Source: Okamejei kenojei (Eukaryota). Taken from it: a stretch of 64,000 bases of DNA. The stretch covers positions 57,164,001-57,228,000 of the forward strand of contig CM069134.1 of NCBI GenBank assembly GCA_035221665.1. The letters run 5' to 3'. How positions within the stretch are numbered: position 1 is the first letter of the stretch; each line of letters starts with the position of its first letter. This document shows, in pieces, positions 63,962-64,000 of the stretch. The position numbers and the translations under genes were made by a program. The notes below the pieces were generated by a model that saw nothing but the letters and a program-made list of their open reading frames with translations, ran no database searches and was not told where the DNA came from.

Positions 63962-64000
63962 TCAATAGTCAAGTCACTTTTATTTCTATAGCACATTTAA
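63962..64000 (-). mobile_element. Possible 3' terminus of a LINE (L2-like) running off the window
   Basis: The minus strand reads ...gctatagaAATAAAagtgacttgactattga: a poly(A)-like signal followed by a short (acttg)-type tail. Only 39 bp are visible. Confidence 0.35.

Noticed and set aside
62627-63991. 454-aa and 440-aa ORFs, plus Cys-rich CPFC ORFs on the minus strand
   Set aside because: These are artefacts of a stop-free 19-bp repeat: all frames give the same cyclic peptide, and indels are not in multiples of three.

Overview
This is eukaryotic, non-genic DNA, probably from a cartilaginous fish (skate/ray-like). That is inferred from the CR1 LINE with a (CATAGAA)n tail and from short Penelope-type fragments. 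I found no credible intact gene. Bases 1-~61.5 kb are one head-to-tail complex satellite with nested structure. Two ancient ~300 bp half-units make ~550-800 bp pyrimidine-rich monomers. These form 2.3-4.3 kb blocks, each closed by a ~540 bp AT-rich spacer module, and the blocks form a ~16-kb higher-order repeat present about three times (starting ~5360, ~21457, ~40600) between older, more divergent flanks. The array ends against a decayed Tigger/pogo transposase (minus strand, ~61640-62580), and pieces of the same transposase plus a Rex1/Babar LINE tail are built into the spacers, so the array appears partly transposon-derived. Later insertions are a 5'-truncated CR1 LINE (3639-4931), a 65-bp Penelope-like fragment amplified to four copies, and a single Penelope-like fragment with a minimal hammerhead ribozyme core (42262-42354). 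A 19-bp minisatellite fills 62592-63959. All analysis was by eye, so unit boundaries are approximate and family names come from motif recall, not database searches.
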